In this document: one piece after another, positions 44,360-55,619 of the stretch
Layout: the number at the start of each line of letters is the position of its first letter
How positions within the stretch are numbered: position 1 is the stretch's first letter
Source of the DNA: Pseudomonadota bacterium
Lineage (GTDB): Bacteria; Desulfobacterota; Desulfobacteria; Desulfobacterales; RPRI01
DNA: 64,000 bases
Assembly (NCBI GenBank): GCA_043825875.1
Contig: JBDRRF010000083.1
Location: forward strand, 1 to 64,000
Reading direction: 5' to 3'
Program-made: the position numbers and the translations under genes
The notes under the pieces: generated by a model
What the model was told of the DNA's origin: nothing
Database searches by the model: none
Seen by the model: only the letters and a program-made list of their open reading frames with translations

Positions 44360-45331
44360 CTATATAAATTTATTCCCAATATCTTTAACTATTTCTTCTG
44401 CCTGCTTCATGATACGATCCAACAGTTCTTTGCATGTCGGAATATCACGTATAAATCCCATGCTTTGACCTGCCGCAAGAGTTCCTTTTTCAATATCACC
44501 GCATTTTTGCATTTCTTTTCCTACAAGGCCTGAAACATATGGAACAATATCTTCAATACGCATATTGCCCCGGTTTTCTATTTCAAGAACCTTATCTGCC
44601 GCAATATTATGAATAACCCTTTCGGTATTTCGCATAGAACGCATGATAAGGCGTGTATCAAGCTCGCTGTGATTTATCAAAGCCTGTTTTATATTTTCAT
44701 GTACCGGAGCTTCTTTTGTTGCAACAAAGCGCGTACCCATGTTGATACCGTCAGCGCCAAGCGCAAGTGCTGCTATAAGACCGCGGCCATCTGCAAAGCC
44801 ACCGGATGCAATGATTGGAATGCTTATAGCATCTCTTGTAAGCGGTATAAGAATCAATGAAGTAACATCATCTTCTCCGGGATGTCCGGCCGCCTCAAAG
44901 CCGTCTATACTTATAACATCACAACCGATTTTTTCCGCCTTTACAGCATGTCTTACGGAAGTACACTTATGAACAACTTTGATGCCACCTGACTTTATCT
45001 GATCCATATATTTTTCCGGATTTTGCCCGGCGGTTTCTATAAACTTTACACCTTCTTCAATACATACTTTAATATATGCAGGATAGTCCGGCGGGCGCAA
45101 TGTTGGCAAAAAAGTTAAATTAATTCCAAAGGGTTTTTCTGTCATTTTACAGCATCTTTTAATTTCTTCTCTTAAGCTTTCGGCATCAGGAAAAGCAAGA
45201 GCCGCCATAAATCCGATTCCTCCGGCATTAGCAACAGCAGATGCAAGTTCTGCACCTGCTATCCACATCATTCCGCCCTGGACAATTGGTCGTTTAATAC
45301 CAAACAATTCGGTTATTCTTGTTTTTATCAT
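44360..45331 (-). CDS. Nitronate monooxygenase / FabK-like flavin oxidoreductase
   Basis: PIVQGGM, DGFEAAGHPG, ASGGFADGRG and MGTRF motifs. Confidence 0.9.
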   Translation of the reverse strand: MIKTRITELFGIKRPIVQGGMMWIAGAELASAVANAGGIGFMAALAFPDAESLREEIKRCCKMTEKPFGINLTFLPTLRPPDYPAYIKVCIEEGVKFIETAGQNPEKYMDQIKSGGIKVVHKCTSVRHAVKAEKIGCDVISIDGFEAAGHPGEDDVTSLILIPLTRDAISIPIIASGGFADGRGLIAALALGADGINMGTRFVATKEAPVHENIKQALINHSELDTRLIMRSMRNTERVIHNIAADKVLEIENRGNMRIEDIVPYVSGLVGKEMQKCGDIEKGTLAAGQSMGFIRDIPTCKELLDRIMKQAEEIVKDIGNKFI

Positions 45332-45564
45332 AATTGTTCCCCTGTTATTTGTACACTCGGCAAAGATATACTACACGTATGAACCAGACAGTTTATAAAA
45401 TTGTAGAAAAAAATCTATATAGATAATTATTGTATGTCAATATTCAAGTATGAGATGTATGAGATGTTCTGTAATGAAATTACAAAATAATTAAAGTGAC
45501 AGAAACTCTTTTTTATATTAAGAATGAAAATATCTTATGTAATTTAAAATTAAGGAGCAAAAAA

Positions 45565-45837
45565 ATGTCTCATGACCATAGCCATAATCACGATAACCAC
45601 CACCATCATAGCCATGATTCATCTTCGGAATTATCTTTTGATGAAAAAATGGTAAAATTATTGGAACACTGGATTAAACATAACACCGATCACAGTAAAA
45701 CATACAAGGATTGGGCTAAAAAAGTAAAAGAAAATGATATGGATAAAGTTGACCTGTTACTTAATGAAGCAGCAGATATGACCTTGAAATTAAATGCTAT
45801 ATTTGAAGAAGCATTAAAGGTGATAAAAACTAAATAA
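45565..45837 (+). CDS. Small His-rich protein (putative metal-binding)
   Basis: MSHDHSHNHDNHHHHSHD followed by LLEHWIKHNTDHSKTY; AAGGAG RBS. Confidence 0.75.
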   Translation: MSHDHSHNHDNHHHHSHDSSSELSFDEKMVKLLEHWIKHNTDHSKTYKDWAKKVKENDMDKVDLLLNEAADMTLKLNAIFEEALKVIKTK

Positions 45838-45915
45838 TAAAACTGTCTCAAAAGAAACAAGGTTAAATTATTGAGAGTCAGGAGTGCGTATTAAAGTACT
45901 TAATGATCCTTAAGC

Positions 45916-46479
45916 CTATACTTTAAAAAGCCTCCAGAAGTGAATAAAATAATCTAAACCCGACCATACAGTCATAACAAGCGCTCCCCAAAGAAAGACC
46001 ATTCCAATTGCATGAAAATTGATCCCCAGATATGGGTAGTGCATTAAAAGAGGAATAATTGCTGCAATCTGAAAGCCGGTTTTATATTTTCCCAGGTTTG
46101 AGGCAGCTACATCCTGACCGTTTTCGGCAATAATACTTCTTAAACCGGTTACTGCCAGCTCGCGCCCAATGATAATACAGACAATCCAGGCAGGTATCCA
46201 GCCTAAAGAAGTCATCATAATACAGGAGCATGACACAAGGAGCTTATCGGCAAGAGGGTCCATGAATTTACCTATATTTGAAACAAGCCCCCACCGCCTG
46301 GCCAGATAGCCGTCTAAATAGTCGGTAATAGCTGCGGCACTGAATATCAATGCCGCAGTTAAAGTAAAATATTTATTTGGAAAAAACAGAAACATGACAA
46401 TTGCAGGAATTGCAGCCATTCTATATATTGTCAAGCTGTTCGGATGCTTCAATATATATAAAAGTCTGCTGTTTGTCAT
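45916..46479 (-). CDS. pgsA: CDP-diacylglycerol--glycerol-3-phosphate 3-phosphatidyltransferase
   Basis: PNSLT..R and TDYLDGYLAR...GKFMDPLADK motifs. Confidence 0.94.
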   Translation of the reverse strand: MTNSRLLYILKHPNSLTIYRMAAIPAIVMFLFFPNKYFTLTAALIFSAAAITDYLDGYLARRWGLVSNIGKFMDPLADKLLVSCSCIMMTSLGWIPAWIVCIIIGRELAVTGLRSIIAENGQDVAASNLGKYKTGFQIAAIIPLLMHYPYLGINFHAIGMVFLWGALVMTVWSGLDYFIHFWRLFKV

Positions 46480-46496
46480 GCTATTATCCTAAAGTA

Positions 46497-47150
46497 TTAT
46501 TTTTTTGTTTTTTTCGATTTCTTCCAGTCATCCATAAAAGCCTTTATACCCTTATCTGTAAGGGGATGGGAAGCAAGCTTTGCCAGAACGTTAAAAGGAA
46601 TAGTAGCAATGTCAGCTCCAAGCAAAGCAGATTCAAGAACATGAAGCGGATCACGAACGCTAGCCACAATAATTTCCGTTTCATAGGCATAATTATCGTA
46701 TATATCTACAATCTGCTCCACCAAAAGAAGACCGTCATGTGAAATATCATCAAGGCGTCCTACAAAAGGGCTCACATAAGTCGCACCGGCTTTTGCAGCC
46801 ATTAGAGCCTGGAGAGGTGAAAATATCAAAGTAACGTTTGTTTTTATTCCTTTGTTCGTAAGCGTCCTTGTAGCCTTAAGGCCGTCAACCGTCATCGGAA
46901 TCTTTACAACCACATTGCTATGAATTAAAGATAGCTCTTTAGCTTCTTTTACCATTCCTTTTGCATCAAGGCTTATAACCTCAGCACTTATCGGCCCGTC
47001 AATGATCTTGCAGATATCTTTTATAACATCTTCTAAAACACGTCCCTCTTTGGCAATGAGAGACGGATTGGTTGTAACTCCATCAACCATACCCATACTG
47101 TTTGCTTCTTTTATTTCATTAATATTTGCTGTATCAATGAAAAATTTCAT
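46497..47150 (-). CDS. fsa: Transaldolase / fructose-6-phosphate aldolase
   Basis: [20 protein letters not shown] and [11 protein letters not shown] motifs. Confidence 0.92.
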   Translation of the reverse strand: MKFFIDTANINEIKEANSMGMVDGVTTNPSLIAKEGRVLEDVIKDICKIIDGPISAEVISLDAKGMVKEAKELSLIHSNVVVKIPMTVDGLKATRTLTNKGIKTNVTLIFSPLQALMAAKAGATYVSPFVGRLDDISHDGLLLVEQIVDIYDNYAYETEIIVASVRDPLHVLESALLGADIATIPFNVLAKLASHPLTDKGIKAFMDDWKKSKKTKK

Positions 47151-47181
47151 AATAAATCCTCCTTAGGCAACGCTTGATATG

Positions 47182-47454
47182 TCATTTATTTGAATTTTGC
47201 TTAATAAATTTATCTCTGCACTCAGTACTGCAAAAGTACATTTCCTTGCCGCTATAATTTAAATAAATACCTTCTTTTTTAGGAAAATATACTTCACATA
47301 CCGGGTCTTTTATCATTAAATTATCCGAAAGCTTATCCGCTGCATCAGATTTACTGTCAGTTTTCCTGTCTGAAGATGCAGAAGGAGTCATCAAATACTT
47401 AAAAAACTTATAGCCACAAAAAAACAGTAAAATATATATTATTAATTTACTCAT
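47182..47454 (-). CDS. YHS/TRASH domain membrane-anchored protein
   Basis: N-terminal TM segment; KDPVCEVY...YFCSTEC motif. Confidence 0.8.
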   Translation of the reverse strand: MSKLIIYILLFFCGYKFFKYLMTPSASSDRKTDSKSDAADKLSDNLMIKDPVCEVYFPKKEGIYLNYSGKEMYFCSTECRDKFIKQNSNK

Positions 47455-47480
47455 ATATTTAACCAGTCAGATAGAAAAAA

Positions 47481-47975
47481 TTACAATTTAATTATCTTCT
47501 GCTCACTATCATCAAGACTGTCCAGCAGATGTTTAATATCTTTTTTAAAAACAGGATGAATAATGGATGAATCTATATCACAAAGAGGTTTTAAAACAAA
47601 CAGCCTGTTATGCATCCTGGGATGCGGTATTGTAATGTCCGGTAAATTAAAAACCAAATCATCATACAATATAATATCAAGATCAAGAATACGCGGACCA
47701 AAGCGCACTTTGTCTTTTCCACGCCCTGCTTTTTTCTGAACAGAAAGCATCTTTTTTAAAAGTTCAGAAGGCTTAAGATCAGTTTCAATCTTTACTACTG
47801 CATTTATAAACCAGTCCTGATCCTTATAATCAACAGGAGAAGTTTTATAAAAATGTGACCATGCGGAAATAGTGACATATCCCGAATCAGCCAGCGCTTC
47901 TACACCTTGTTTACAATTTAAAAGCTTGTCTCCGATGTTGGACCCTACAGAAATATACGCAGTATGTTTTTTCAC
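47481..47975 (-). CDS. folK: 2-amino-4-hydroxy-6-hydroxymethyldihydropteridine diphosphokinase
   Basis: GSNIGD, FGPRILDLDI and IPHPRM..RLFVL.PL motifs. Confidence 0.95.
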   Translation of the reverse strand: MKKHTAYISVGSNIGDKLLNCKQGVEALADSGYVTISAWSHFYKTSPVDYKDQDWFINAVVKIETDLKPSELLKKMLSVQKKAGRGKDKVRFGPRILDLDIILYDDLVFNLPDITIPHPRMHNRLFVLKPLCDIDSSIIHPVFKKDIKHLLDSLDDSEQKIIKL

Positions 47976-48001
47976 ATTAATAATACCGGCTAACCTGCGA
48001 A

Positions 48002-49171
48002 TTAAAACTCAAGAGATCTGATTCTTTCAACTACTTCTTTCATTCTCTCTTGTCCAACGGTAAGAGCCATGCGGATATAACCTTCTCCGGCAGACCCGAA
48101 CCCATTGCCCGGAGTTACTACTATACCTGTTTTTGATAAAAGAAGGCTTGTAAACTGTGCTGATGTATAACCTTTCGGAACATCAACCCACACATAAAAA
48201 GTAGCTTGCGGCTTTTTAACCGAAAGCCCAAGGCCAGTTAGGCCATCAACTAAAATATCACGGCGTTTTGTATATTCAATGTTCATTTCTTCGACACAGG
48301 ACTGATCCCCGTCAAGAGCGGCAATACCTGCAAGCTGGACGGCCTGAAATGCACCCGAATCGATATTGCTTTTTATCTGCCCCAGCCCGTCGATGACTTC
48401 CGCTCTACCCACAGCACAACCCAAACGCCATCCTGTCATATTATAAGTTTTGGAAAGCGAATGAAATTCAATACCAACTTCTTTAGCACCATCTGTTTCA
48501 AGAAAACTGGGTGGTTTATAACCGTCAAACGCCATTTCGGTATAAGCCGCATCATGGCATACTATTATGTTGTTTTTCTCAGCATACTGCACAACTCGTT
48601 TGAAAAATTCATCTGTTGCAACTGCTGAAGTCGGATTATTAGGGTAATTTATAAACATGAGTTTTGCTTTTTTTGCTATATCGTCAGGAATGGCATCAAG
48701 ATCGGGAAGAAAATCGTTTTCTTTCTTTAAATCCATAAGATAAGGATGACCTCCTGCGAATTGCACAGCTATATTGGGCACAGGATAACCCGGACTAGCT
48801 ACGAGCGCTACATCTCCATGATTAATAAAGGCTAAAGGAATATGCGCAATCCCTTCTTTAGATCCAATGAGAGTCACTACTTCTTTGGCAGGATCAAGAG
48901 ATACATTAAATCTTTTTTTATACCATCTGGAAACGGCATTATTAAATTCGTACATTCCTGTATATGAGGGATACTGATGATTTTTTGGATCCAAAGCAGC
49001 TTTGTGTAAAGCTTCAATTATATGAGGAGGTGTGGGCATGTCCGGATCTCCGACACCAAGGCTTATTATATCCACACCACGTTTTTTGACTTCATCTTTT
49101 TGTCTGTCAATTTCCTTAAACAAATAAGGAGGAAGGCTTTTTAATCTTTCAGATTTTTCGATTGTAATCAT
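48002..49171 (-). CDS. dapL: LL-diaminopimelate aminotransferase
   Basis: LPPYLF, GSKEGIAH, NYPNNPT and SLSKTYNMTGWR motifs; next to dapF and lysA. Confidence 0.88.
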   Translation of the reverse strand: MITIEKSERLKSLPPYLFKEIDRQKDEVKKRGVDIISLGVGDPDMPTPPHIIEALHKAALDPKNHQYPSYTGMYEFNNAVSRWYKKRFNVSLDPAKEVVTLIGSKEGIAHIPLAFINHGDVALVASPGYPVPNIAVQFAGGHPYLMDLKKENDFLPDLDAIPDDIAKKAKLMFINYPNNPTSAVATDEFFKRVVQYAEKNNIIVCHDAAYTEMAFDGYKPPSFLETDGAKEVGIEFHSLSKTYNMTGWRLGCAVGRAEVIDGLGQIKSNIDSGAFQAVQLAGIAALDGDQSCVEEMNIEYTKRRDILVDGLTGLGLSVKKPQATFYVWVDVPKGYTSAQFTSLLLSKTGIVVTPGNGFGSAGEGYIRMALTVGQERMKEVVERIRSLEF

Positions 49172-49202
49172 TATATTTTAATTCATCCCTTAAATAAAAA
49201 AG

Positions 49203-50030
49203 TTAGTATTGCCAGGCATCTTTTCCCAGCTCTCCTTTGTATATGACCCTGGCATCACCTTCAAGATAAATATCATAAAATCTTCCATTATCCTGTTTGT
49301 AATGAATAGTAAGAACCCCTTTACTTCTTGTTATTACATTCACCGGAGATTCAATCTTATTTTTATACGCAACAACAAGTGCTGATGCAATTGAACCTGT
49401 GCCGCAGGCAAGAGTTTCATCTTCAACGCCTCTTTCATACGTTCTTATATATATTGTCTTGTCTTTTATCCCGGATATAAAATTCACATTTGTTCCGGCA
49501 GGAGCATAGTTTTCATGAAACCTTATCTCCCTGCCGATATTGACAACATCAATATTTTCCAGATCATCTGCTATTATAACTACATGAGGAACACCTGTAT
49601 TTAAGCTTGAAACCGTAATCGGGCCGTCTTTAAGCTGAATCTGATAATCATATTTACAAACGGAAGGCTCCATCATGTTTACTTTTACCCTGCCGTCAAG
49701 TACCCTGGCATGAACAATACCGGCATCGGTTACAAAAGACATATCAGGGCCTGCAATCTTATTCATGTAAGCAAACCGTGCCGCACATCTTGCACCGTTT
49801 CCGCACATCTCCGCTCTGCTGCCATCCGAATTAAAAAATTGCCATTTAAAATCAGCCGAATCATCATTTTCAATCAGTATAAAACCATCGGCACCCACAG
49901 ACATTCTTCGCGCACAAACCTTTGTTATAAATGACTTCAGATCTTTTACCTCAACCACATTGTTTCTGTTGTCAATTATAATAAAATCGTTGCCGCTTCC
50001 GCTCATCTTAAAGAAAGTAATATTTTCCAT
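49203..50030 (-). CDS. dapF: Diaminopimelate epimerase
   Basis: GSGNDF, EMCGNGARC and ERGVEDETLACGTG motifs. Confidence 0.97.
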   Translation of the reverse strand: MENITFFKMSGSGNDFIIIDNRNNVVEVKDLKSFITKVCARRMSVGADGFILIENDDSADFKWQFFNSDGSRAEMCGNGARCAARFAYMNKIAGPDMSFVTDAGIVHARVLDGRVKVNMMEPSVCKYDYQIQLKDGPITVSSLNTGVPHVVIIADDLENIDVVNIGREIRFHENYAPAGTNVNFISGIKDKTIYIRTYERGVEDETLACGTGSIASALVVAYKNKIESPVNVITRSKGVLTIHYKQDNGRFYDIYLEGDARVIYKGELGKDAWQY

Positions 50031-50060
50031 ATCTTGCTCAAATAGTATTTCAGCTATTAA

Positions 50061-50179
50061 GACTTTCAGATAATGTTTTTGGCAAGGCCAGAAGGAGCCT
50101 CCCTGAGTAAAACGTACAGTTGGTACGTTGTCGAAGGGAGGCGACTGATAACGCAGTCCAAAAATTTTATCTGGAAGTC
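50061..50179. mobile_element. MITE-like element, family B (119 bp)
   Basis: Terminal IR gactttcagataa / ttatctggaagtc; internal hairpin gcctccct...aacgtac-agttg-gtacgtt...agggaggc; flanks TTAA and TTTA. Confidence 0.65.
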
Positions 50180-50180
50180 T

Positions 50181-51434
50181 TTATAAAAAAGAGGGGATGA
50201 CTTCGCCCCTAGTAAGATCTTCGTATTTCTGCCGTTTTCTTGTAACCTGGAATTGATCGCCATTTACCATGACTTCCGGAATCTTAAGCCTTGAACAATA
50301 ATTTGATGACATAACATATCCATATGCCCCTGAACTCATAACAGCCAGCAAATCTCCCTGCTCAACTTTTTGTATGCTGCGGTCAAGAGCCAGAAAATCA
50401 CCGCTTTCACAAATAGGCCCTACAACATCAGCTTTAACATCTTCATTATCTGATTTTTCCACAGGCTTAATAGCATGGAATGCTTCATATAAAGATGGCC
50501 TGAGCAGATCATTCATTCCGGCATCAACAATGACAAATTCCTTAACACCCGTTGATTTTCTGTAAAGTACTTTTGTTACAAGTACTCCGGCATTTCCTAC
50601 AATTACTCTTCCGGGCTCAAAAATCAGTTTGATTTTAGTATCACCGATAACTTCCTTTATAGCATTTGCATATTCTACCGGATTTGGAGGTTCTTCATCA
50701 TTATATGTTATTCCAAGCCCCCCTCCCAAATCCAGATGCTTTATATTAATACCCAAATCCGCAAGGTCTTTTATCATAACCTTCAAACTACGCAAGGCAT
50801 CCTTAAAAGGGCCTGTTTCCGTAATCTGTGAACCTATATGACAGTCAAGACCTATTACCTTAACATTTTTAAGTTTGGCTGCAATCTTATATGCTTCCAT
50901 AGCCGATTCGATATTTATCCCAAACTTATTCTTCTTCATACCTGTTGAAATATACGGATGAGTCTTTGGATCAACATCAGGATTAACCCTTATTGCAACA
51001 GGCGCTTTTTTCTTAAGTAATTCTGCTCTCTGGTTAATAATTTCAAGCTCTTCAAGGGATTCAACATTAAACATAAGTATGCCCGTTTTAAGAGCATAGT
51101 CAATTTCGTCAATTCTTTTTCCCACACCCGAATATACTATCTTGTTTGAAGAAAACCCGGCCTTTAATCCTTTGTAAAGTTCTCCTCCTGAAACGATATC
51201 AAGGCCTCCGCCAAGCTTTGAAAACAATTTCAATATCGCAAGATTGGTATTAGCCTTTGCGGAAAAACATACTAGACGATTTACACCCTTAAACGCATCG
51301 TTAAAAGCCGTAAAATGGCGTTTTAATGTTGCATAGCTGTAAATATATAAAGGTGTCCCTATCTTTTGCACAATCTTTTTTACAGGCACTTTCTCACAAT
51401 ACAATTCATTGCCATGATAAATAAAATGATCCAT
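50181..51434 (-). CDS. lysA: Diaminopimelate decarboxylase
   Basis: FSAKAN, HIGSQI, DLGGGLG, FEPGR and GPICESGD motifs; ATG at 51434 after GGGGAG. Confidence 0.96.
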   Translation of the reverse strand: MDHFIYHGNELYCEKVPVKKIVQKIGTPLYIYSYATLKRHFTAFNDAFKGVNRLVCFSAKANTNLAILKLFSKLGGGLDIVSGGELYKGLKAGFSSNKIVYSGVGKRIDEIDYALKTGILMFNVESLEELEIINQRAELLKKKAPVAIRVNPDVDPKTHPYISTGMKKNKFGINIESAMEAYKIAAKLKNVKVIGLDCHIGSQITETGPFKDALRSLKVMIKDLADLGINIKHLDLGGGLGITYNDEEPPNPVEYANAIKEVIGDTKIKLIFEPGRVIVGNAGVLVTKVLYRKSTGVKEFVIVDAGMNDLLRPSLYEAFHAIKPVEKSDNEDVKADVVGPICESGDFLALDRSIQKVEQGDLLAVMSSGAYGYVMSSNYCSRLKIPEVMVNGDQFQVTRKRQKYEDLTRGEVIPSFL

Positions 51435-51517
51435 AATACTCCCCACAAACGCCGAATAGCAACGGTGTGCGTTATACGGCATTTGCTTGCTATTTTCTTT
51501 AATAGTTTTTTATAAAA

Positions 51518-51979
51518 TTAATATTCAATTTTTATTATATTCGAATCTCTACTCTCCGGTGTTACATTTTTACTAAAAGCAGTCACTTTAAAAAAATATT
51601 TAAACCCTTTTTCAAGTTGCCGAACATACCTTATGTTTCCGTCCTTCCCGGCAGAATCGGCAGAAACTTCAGCAACAGGTTTATAATTAATCGGACAATT
51701 TTCACATATGTCTTCTGCAACCGGATACTTTGCCTGATAGATGACAAATCCGGTTATCCGGGGCGCTTTTTTCTCTTTTGTTTTAGGAACAGTCCATTCA
51801 AGTATGACATTATCTCCTTCAACAAGGGATTTGAGCTCATTTACGGCAGGCACAGCCAATTGCCGCGGTGCGGCAGGAGGTCCCTTTCTGCCACAACCAT
51901 ACACAGATAAAATAATTGTCATGGCAATAAGAACCCGAATAATAAAATCGTATTTAAAAACTTTATATAAATTAGTCAT
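51518..51979 (-). CDS. Lipoprotein with fibronectin-III-like domain
   Basis: Lipobox VYGCGRKGPP; CENCP; YFFKVTA. Confidence 0.7.
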   Translation of the reverse strand: MTNLYKVFKYDFIIRVLIAMTIILSVYGCGRKGPPAAPRQLAVPAVNELKSLVEGDNVILEWTVPKTKEKKAPRITGFVIYQAKYPVAEDICENCPINYKPVAEVSADSAGKDGNIRYVRQLEKGFKYFFKVTAFSKNVTPESRDSNIIKIEY

Positions 51980-53378
51980 TTTTCGTTAATATATCTTTTT
52001 CTTTCGCAATATCTTTTTTTGCTTTCTTAATTGCGGCAACAACATTGCGGGGCGCTGTCCCACCATATGAAGTTCTGCGGTTTATCATGCTGGCAGGTGT
52101 TAATACATCATAAACATCTTTAGCAAAAAGATGTGAAAAAGTTTTTATTTCATTAAGAGAAAGCTCATTAAGTTCTTTCCCATTTTTTAAAGCAAAAGCA
52201 ACCGCCTTTCCTGCACAGGAATGAGCTTGCCTAAATGGCATTCCCTTTATAACAAGGTAATCGGCCATATCAGTTGCATTTAAATAACCCAAAGCACAAG
52301 CATTAAGCATAATATCTTTATTTATTTTCAGATTAGGAAGCATCCTCGTATAAACTTCTATACATGCCTTTAAAGTATCAACTGCATCAAACATTGCGAT
52401 CTTATCTTCCTGCATATCCCTGTTATAAGATAGAGGCAAAGATTTCATGATGGTGAGCATGGCAATAAGATCTCCGAATACACGTCCTGATTTACCCCTT
52501 GCCAGTTCACAAATATCAGGATTTTTCTTTTGCGGCATTATTGAGCTTCCTGTCGCAAAAGCATCCGGGAGTTCAATAAAACCGAATTCATATGAGGACC
52601 AGATTATAAAGTCTTCGGACATCCTGCTAAAATGAACCATGCAAATTGCAGCCGATGATATAAATTCAATTATAAAATCCCTGTCTGAAACAGAATCCAT
52701 GCTGTTTGCAGTTACTTTTGGAAAATCAAGAAGCTTTGCTGTGTATTTCCTGTCAATCGGATAGGTTGTTCCTGCAAGAGCGGCACTTCCCAAGGGCATA
52801 ACGTTTATTCGCTTCAAACAGTCTTTCATTCTTTCGGTATCTCTTAAAAACATCTCATAGTATGCCATAAGGTGGTGGGAAAAAAGTACCGGCTGAGCCT
52901 TTTGCAGATGCGTGTATCCCGGCATAATCACACCTGGGTTTTTTTCGCAAAGCTCAACAATAACTTTTCTCAACTCAATAAGGCTGCTTATAATCTTTCG
53001 GACTTCATCCCTTAGATACATCCTTACATCCAGAGCAACCTGATCATTTCTGCTTCTTGCGGTATGAAGTTTTAAGGCAACTTTTCCTATATCTTTTGCA
53101 AGCCTTGTTTCAATATGCATATGAATATCTTCAAGAGTATCATCATACTTGAACTTGCCGCTTTCAATCTCTTTTTTTATTTTTTCCAGGCCTTTAATTA
53201 TACTTAAAGCTTCCTTATCCGTTATTATAGAGGCTTTTACAAGCATACGGCAATGGGCAATACTACCTTTTATATCATGTGCATAAAGCCTTTTATCGAC
53301 ATCTATAGAAGATGTAAATGCTTCCACAATCTTATCTGTTTTCTGAGAGAATCTGCCATCCCATGGTTTATCTGACAT
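51972..53378 (-). CDS. argH: Argininosuccinate lyase
   Basis: HTARSRNDQ, PGYTHLQ and GSSIMPQKKNPD motifs. Confidence 0.98.
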   Translation of the reverse strand: MSDKPWDGRFSQKTDKIVEAFTSSIDVDKRLYAHDIKGSIAHCRMLVKASIITDKEALSIIKGLEKIKKEIESGKFKYDDTLEDIHMHIETRLAKDIGKVALKLHTARSRNDQVALDVRMYLRDEVRKIISSLIELRKVIVELCEKNPGVIMPGYTHLQKAQPVLFSHHLMAYYEMFLRDTERMKDCLKRINVMPLGSAALAGTTYPIDRKYTAKLLDFPKVTANSMDSVSDRDFIIEFISSAAICMVHFSRMSEDFIIWSSYEFGFIELPDAFATGSSIMPQKKNPDICELARGKSGRVFGDLIAMLTIMKSLPLSYNRDMQEDKIAMFDAVDTLKACIEVYTRMLPNLKINKDIMLNACALGYLNATDMADYLVIKGMPFRQAHSCAGKAVAFALKNGKELNELSLNEIKTFSHLFAKDVYDVLTPASMINRRTSYGGTAPRNVVAAIKKAKKDIAKEKDILTKND

Positions 53379-53402
53379 ACAAAGGCCTCTTTCATCCCCC
53401 TT

Positions 53403-54614
53403 TTATGTAATAACCCTTTTTTTCAGGCTCTGGATTCTTAAACGCAAAGCATTAAGTCTTATAAAACCTTCAGCATCTTTCTGACTATAAACACTATCTT
53501 GTTCAAAAGTAGCAAAATCATGGCTGTATAATGACTCATCCGATTTTCTGCCAAGAATAGTACAGTTTCCTTTGTAAAGCTCGATACGAACCGTGCCGGA
53601 AACATATTCCTGGGTTTCATCTATCATGCTCTGTAGAATTTTCATTTCAGGTGAAAACCAGAAACCATTATAAACAAGTTCTGCATACTTGGGAATCAGA
53701 GAATCCCGAAGATGCATTACTTCTCTATCCATGGTTATTGATTCAATAGCCATATGCGCTGCTCTTAGTATTGTGCCTCCGGGTGTTTCATAAACTCCCC
53801 GCGATTTCATGCCCACAAATCTGTTTTCAACCAGATCCATTCTTCCTATGCCGTGTTTTCCTCCAAGCCTGTTAAGCTCTTTCAAAAGCTTTGCAGGAGA
53901 ATATTTTTCTCCATTAATAGCAACAGGGTTTCCTTTATCAAAAGTTATCTCTATAATTTCCGGTTTGTCAGGAGCATTTTTTGGTGATACTGAAAGGGTA
54001 AACATATCTTCCGGCGGAGCATTCCATGGATCTTCAAGCACTCCTCCCTCATAGCTTATATGAAGAAGATTCCTGTCAGAGCTGTAAGGTTTTGCCTGTG
54101 TGGTCGGAACCGGTATACCATGCTTTTTTGCATATTCCATAAGAAGAGTTCGAGAGCCCAGATTCCATTCACGCCAGGGGGCAATAATTTTAATGCCCGG
54201 ATCATGTGCAAGATAGCCTAACTCAAACCTAACCTGATCATTACCCTTTCCTGTAGATCCATGACTTACCGCATCGGCTCCTTCAATTTTCGCAATCTCC
54301 ATCTGACGTTTTGCAATAAGGGGTCTTGCAAGCGATGTTCCCAAAAGATACATGCCTTCATAAATTGCATTTGCACGAAACGCCGGAAAAACATAGTCTT
54401 TTGCAAATGTTTCTTTAAGATCATCAATATATACTTTAGTCGCACCGGTATTTTTTGCTTTTTCATCAATATAGTCGAGTTCTTCTTCCTGTCCCAAATC
54501 AGCGGAAAAAGTTATTACCTCACATTGATATGTTTCAATAAGCCATTTTAAAATAACTGAGGTATCCAATCCGCCCGAATAGGCCAGAACAACCTTTTTA
54601 ACTTTATCCGACAC
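53403..54614 (-). CDS. argG: Argininosuccinate synthase
   Basis: [23 protein letters not shown] and [10 protein letters not shown] motifs. Confidence 0.98.
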   Translation of the reverse strand: MSDKVKKVVLAYSGGLDTSVILKWLIETYQCEVITFSADLGQEEELDYIDEKAKNTGATKVYIDDLKETFAKDYVFPAFRANAIYEGMYLLGTSLARPLIAKRQMEIAKIEGADAVSHGSTGKGNDQVRFELGYLAHDPGIKIIAPWREWNLGSRTLLMEYAKKHGIPVPTTQAKPYSSDRNLLHISYEGGVLEDPWNAPPEDMFTLSVSPKNAPDKPEIIEITFDKGNPVAINGEKYSPAKLLKELNRLGGKHGIGRMDLVENRFVGMKSRGVYETPGGTILRAAHMAIESITMDREVMHLRDSLIPKYAELVYNGFWFSPEMKILQSMIDETQEYVSGTVRIELYKGNCTILGRKSDESLYSHDFATFEQDSVYSQKDAEGFIRLNALRLRIQSLKKRVIT

Positions 54615-54658
54615 TCTATATCTCTCCTAAACCCTAATAATTTTATAAATAATATCTA

Positions 54659-55585
54659 TCAAGAAGTCGCTTTGCCACTTATTAATACTTCAAGAATAGC
54701 TTTTGTCATATGCAGCTTATTTTCCGACTGATCCCAGACAACTGATTTAGGGCCTTCAAGAACTTCTTCCGTGATCTCTTCTTCTCTGTGTGCGGGAAGA
54801 CAATGCATAACAATAGCATCTTCTGCCGCATGCTGAAGAAGTTTGCTGCTTATCTTATATGGTTTAAAGGCAAGCTTTCTTGCTTTCTGTTCTTCTTCCT
54901 GTCCCATGCTCGCCCAGACATCGGTATATAAAACATCCGCATTTTTTGCGGCTTCAACAGGATCTGATGTTAAGTAAATTTCTCCACGTCCTCTGTCAAG
55001 CGCTCGTTTTAATATTTTTTCGTCAGGTAAATATCCTTTAGGACATGCAAGAACAAGGTTAAGCCCTAATGTTGCAGCTGCATTAATCCATGAATGTGCA
55101 ACATTATTTCCGTCACCAATCCATGCTATTTTAATTTTTTTATATTTCCCTTTTTTCTCCATTACAGTCATTATGTCGCTTAATACCTGGCAAGGATGAT
55201 ATAAATCAGTTAAAGCATTTATAACCGGTATCGAAGAAAATTGCGCAAACTCTTCAAGCAGACTCTGGGAATATGTTCTTATTGCAAGGCAATCAATATA
55301 TCTTGAAAGCACTCTTGCCGTATCTCTTACCGGTTCATCTCTTGAAATCTGCGTATCCTTGGAGCTTATAAAAAGCGGGGTTCCACCAAGCTGAATCATT
55401 GCAGCTTCAAAAGATATCCTTGTTCGCGTTGATGGCTTATCAAATATCAAACCAAGAGTCTTGCCTGCGAAAGGACTGTACGACTCCCCTTTTTCCTGCT
55501 TTTCTTTCAGTTCAATTGCGCGATTTAATAAATAATCGATATCTCTTTTTGTTAAATCCAATATGGATATTATATCTTTTTTCAA
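54659..55585 (-). CDS. argF: Ornithine carbamoyltransferase
   Basis: STRTRISFE, HPCQ, WASMG and MHCLPAHR motifs. Confidence 0.97.
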   Translation of the reverse strand: MKKDIISILDLTKRDIDYLLNRAIELKEKQEKGESYSPFAGKTLGLIFDKPSTRTRISFEAAMIQLGGTPLFISSKDTQISRDEPVRDTARVLSRYIDCLAIRTYSQSLLEEFAQFSSIPVINALTDLYHPCQVLSDIMTVMEKKGKYKKIKIAWIGDGNNVAHSWINAAATLGLNLVLACPKGYLPDEKILKRALDRGRGEIYLTSDPVEAAKNADVLYTDVWASMGQEEEQKARKLAFKPYKISSKLLQHAAEDAIVMHCLPAHREEEITEEVLEGPKSVVWDQSENKLHMTKAILEVLISGKATS

Positions 55586-55619
55586 GGCATCCTCTGCAAT
55601 ATATTATTACGGCACACCA

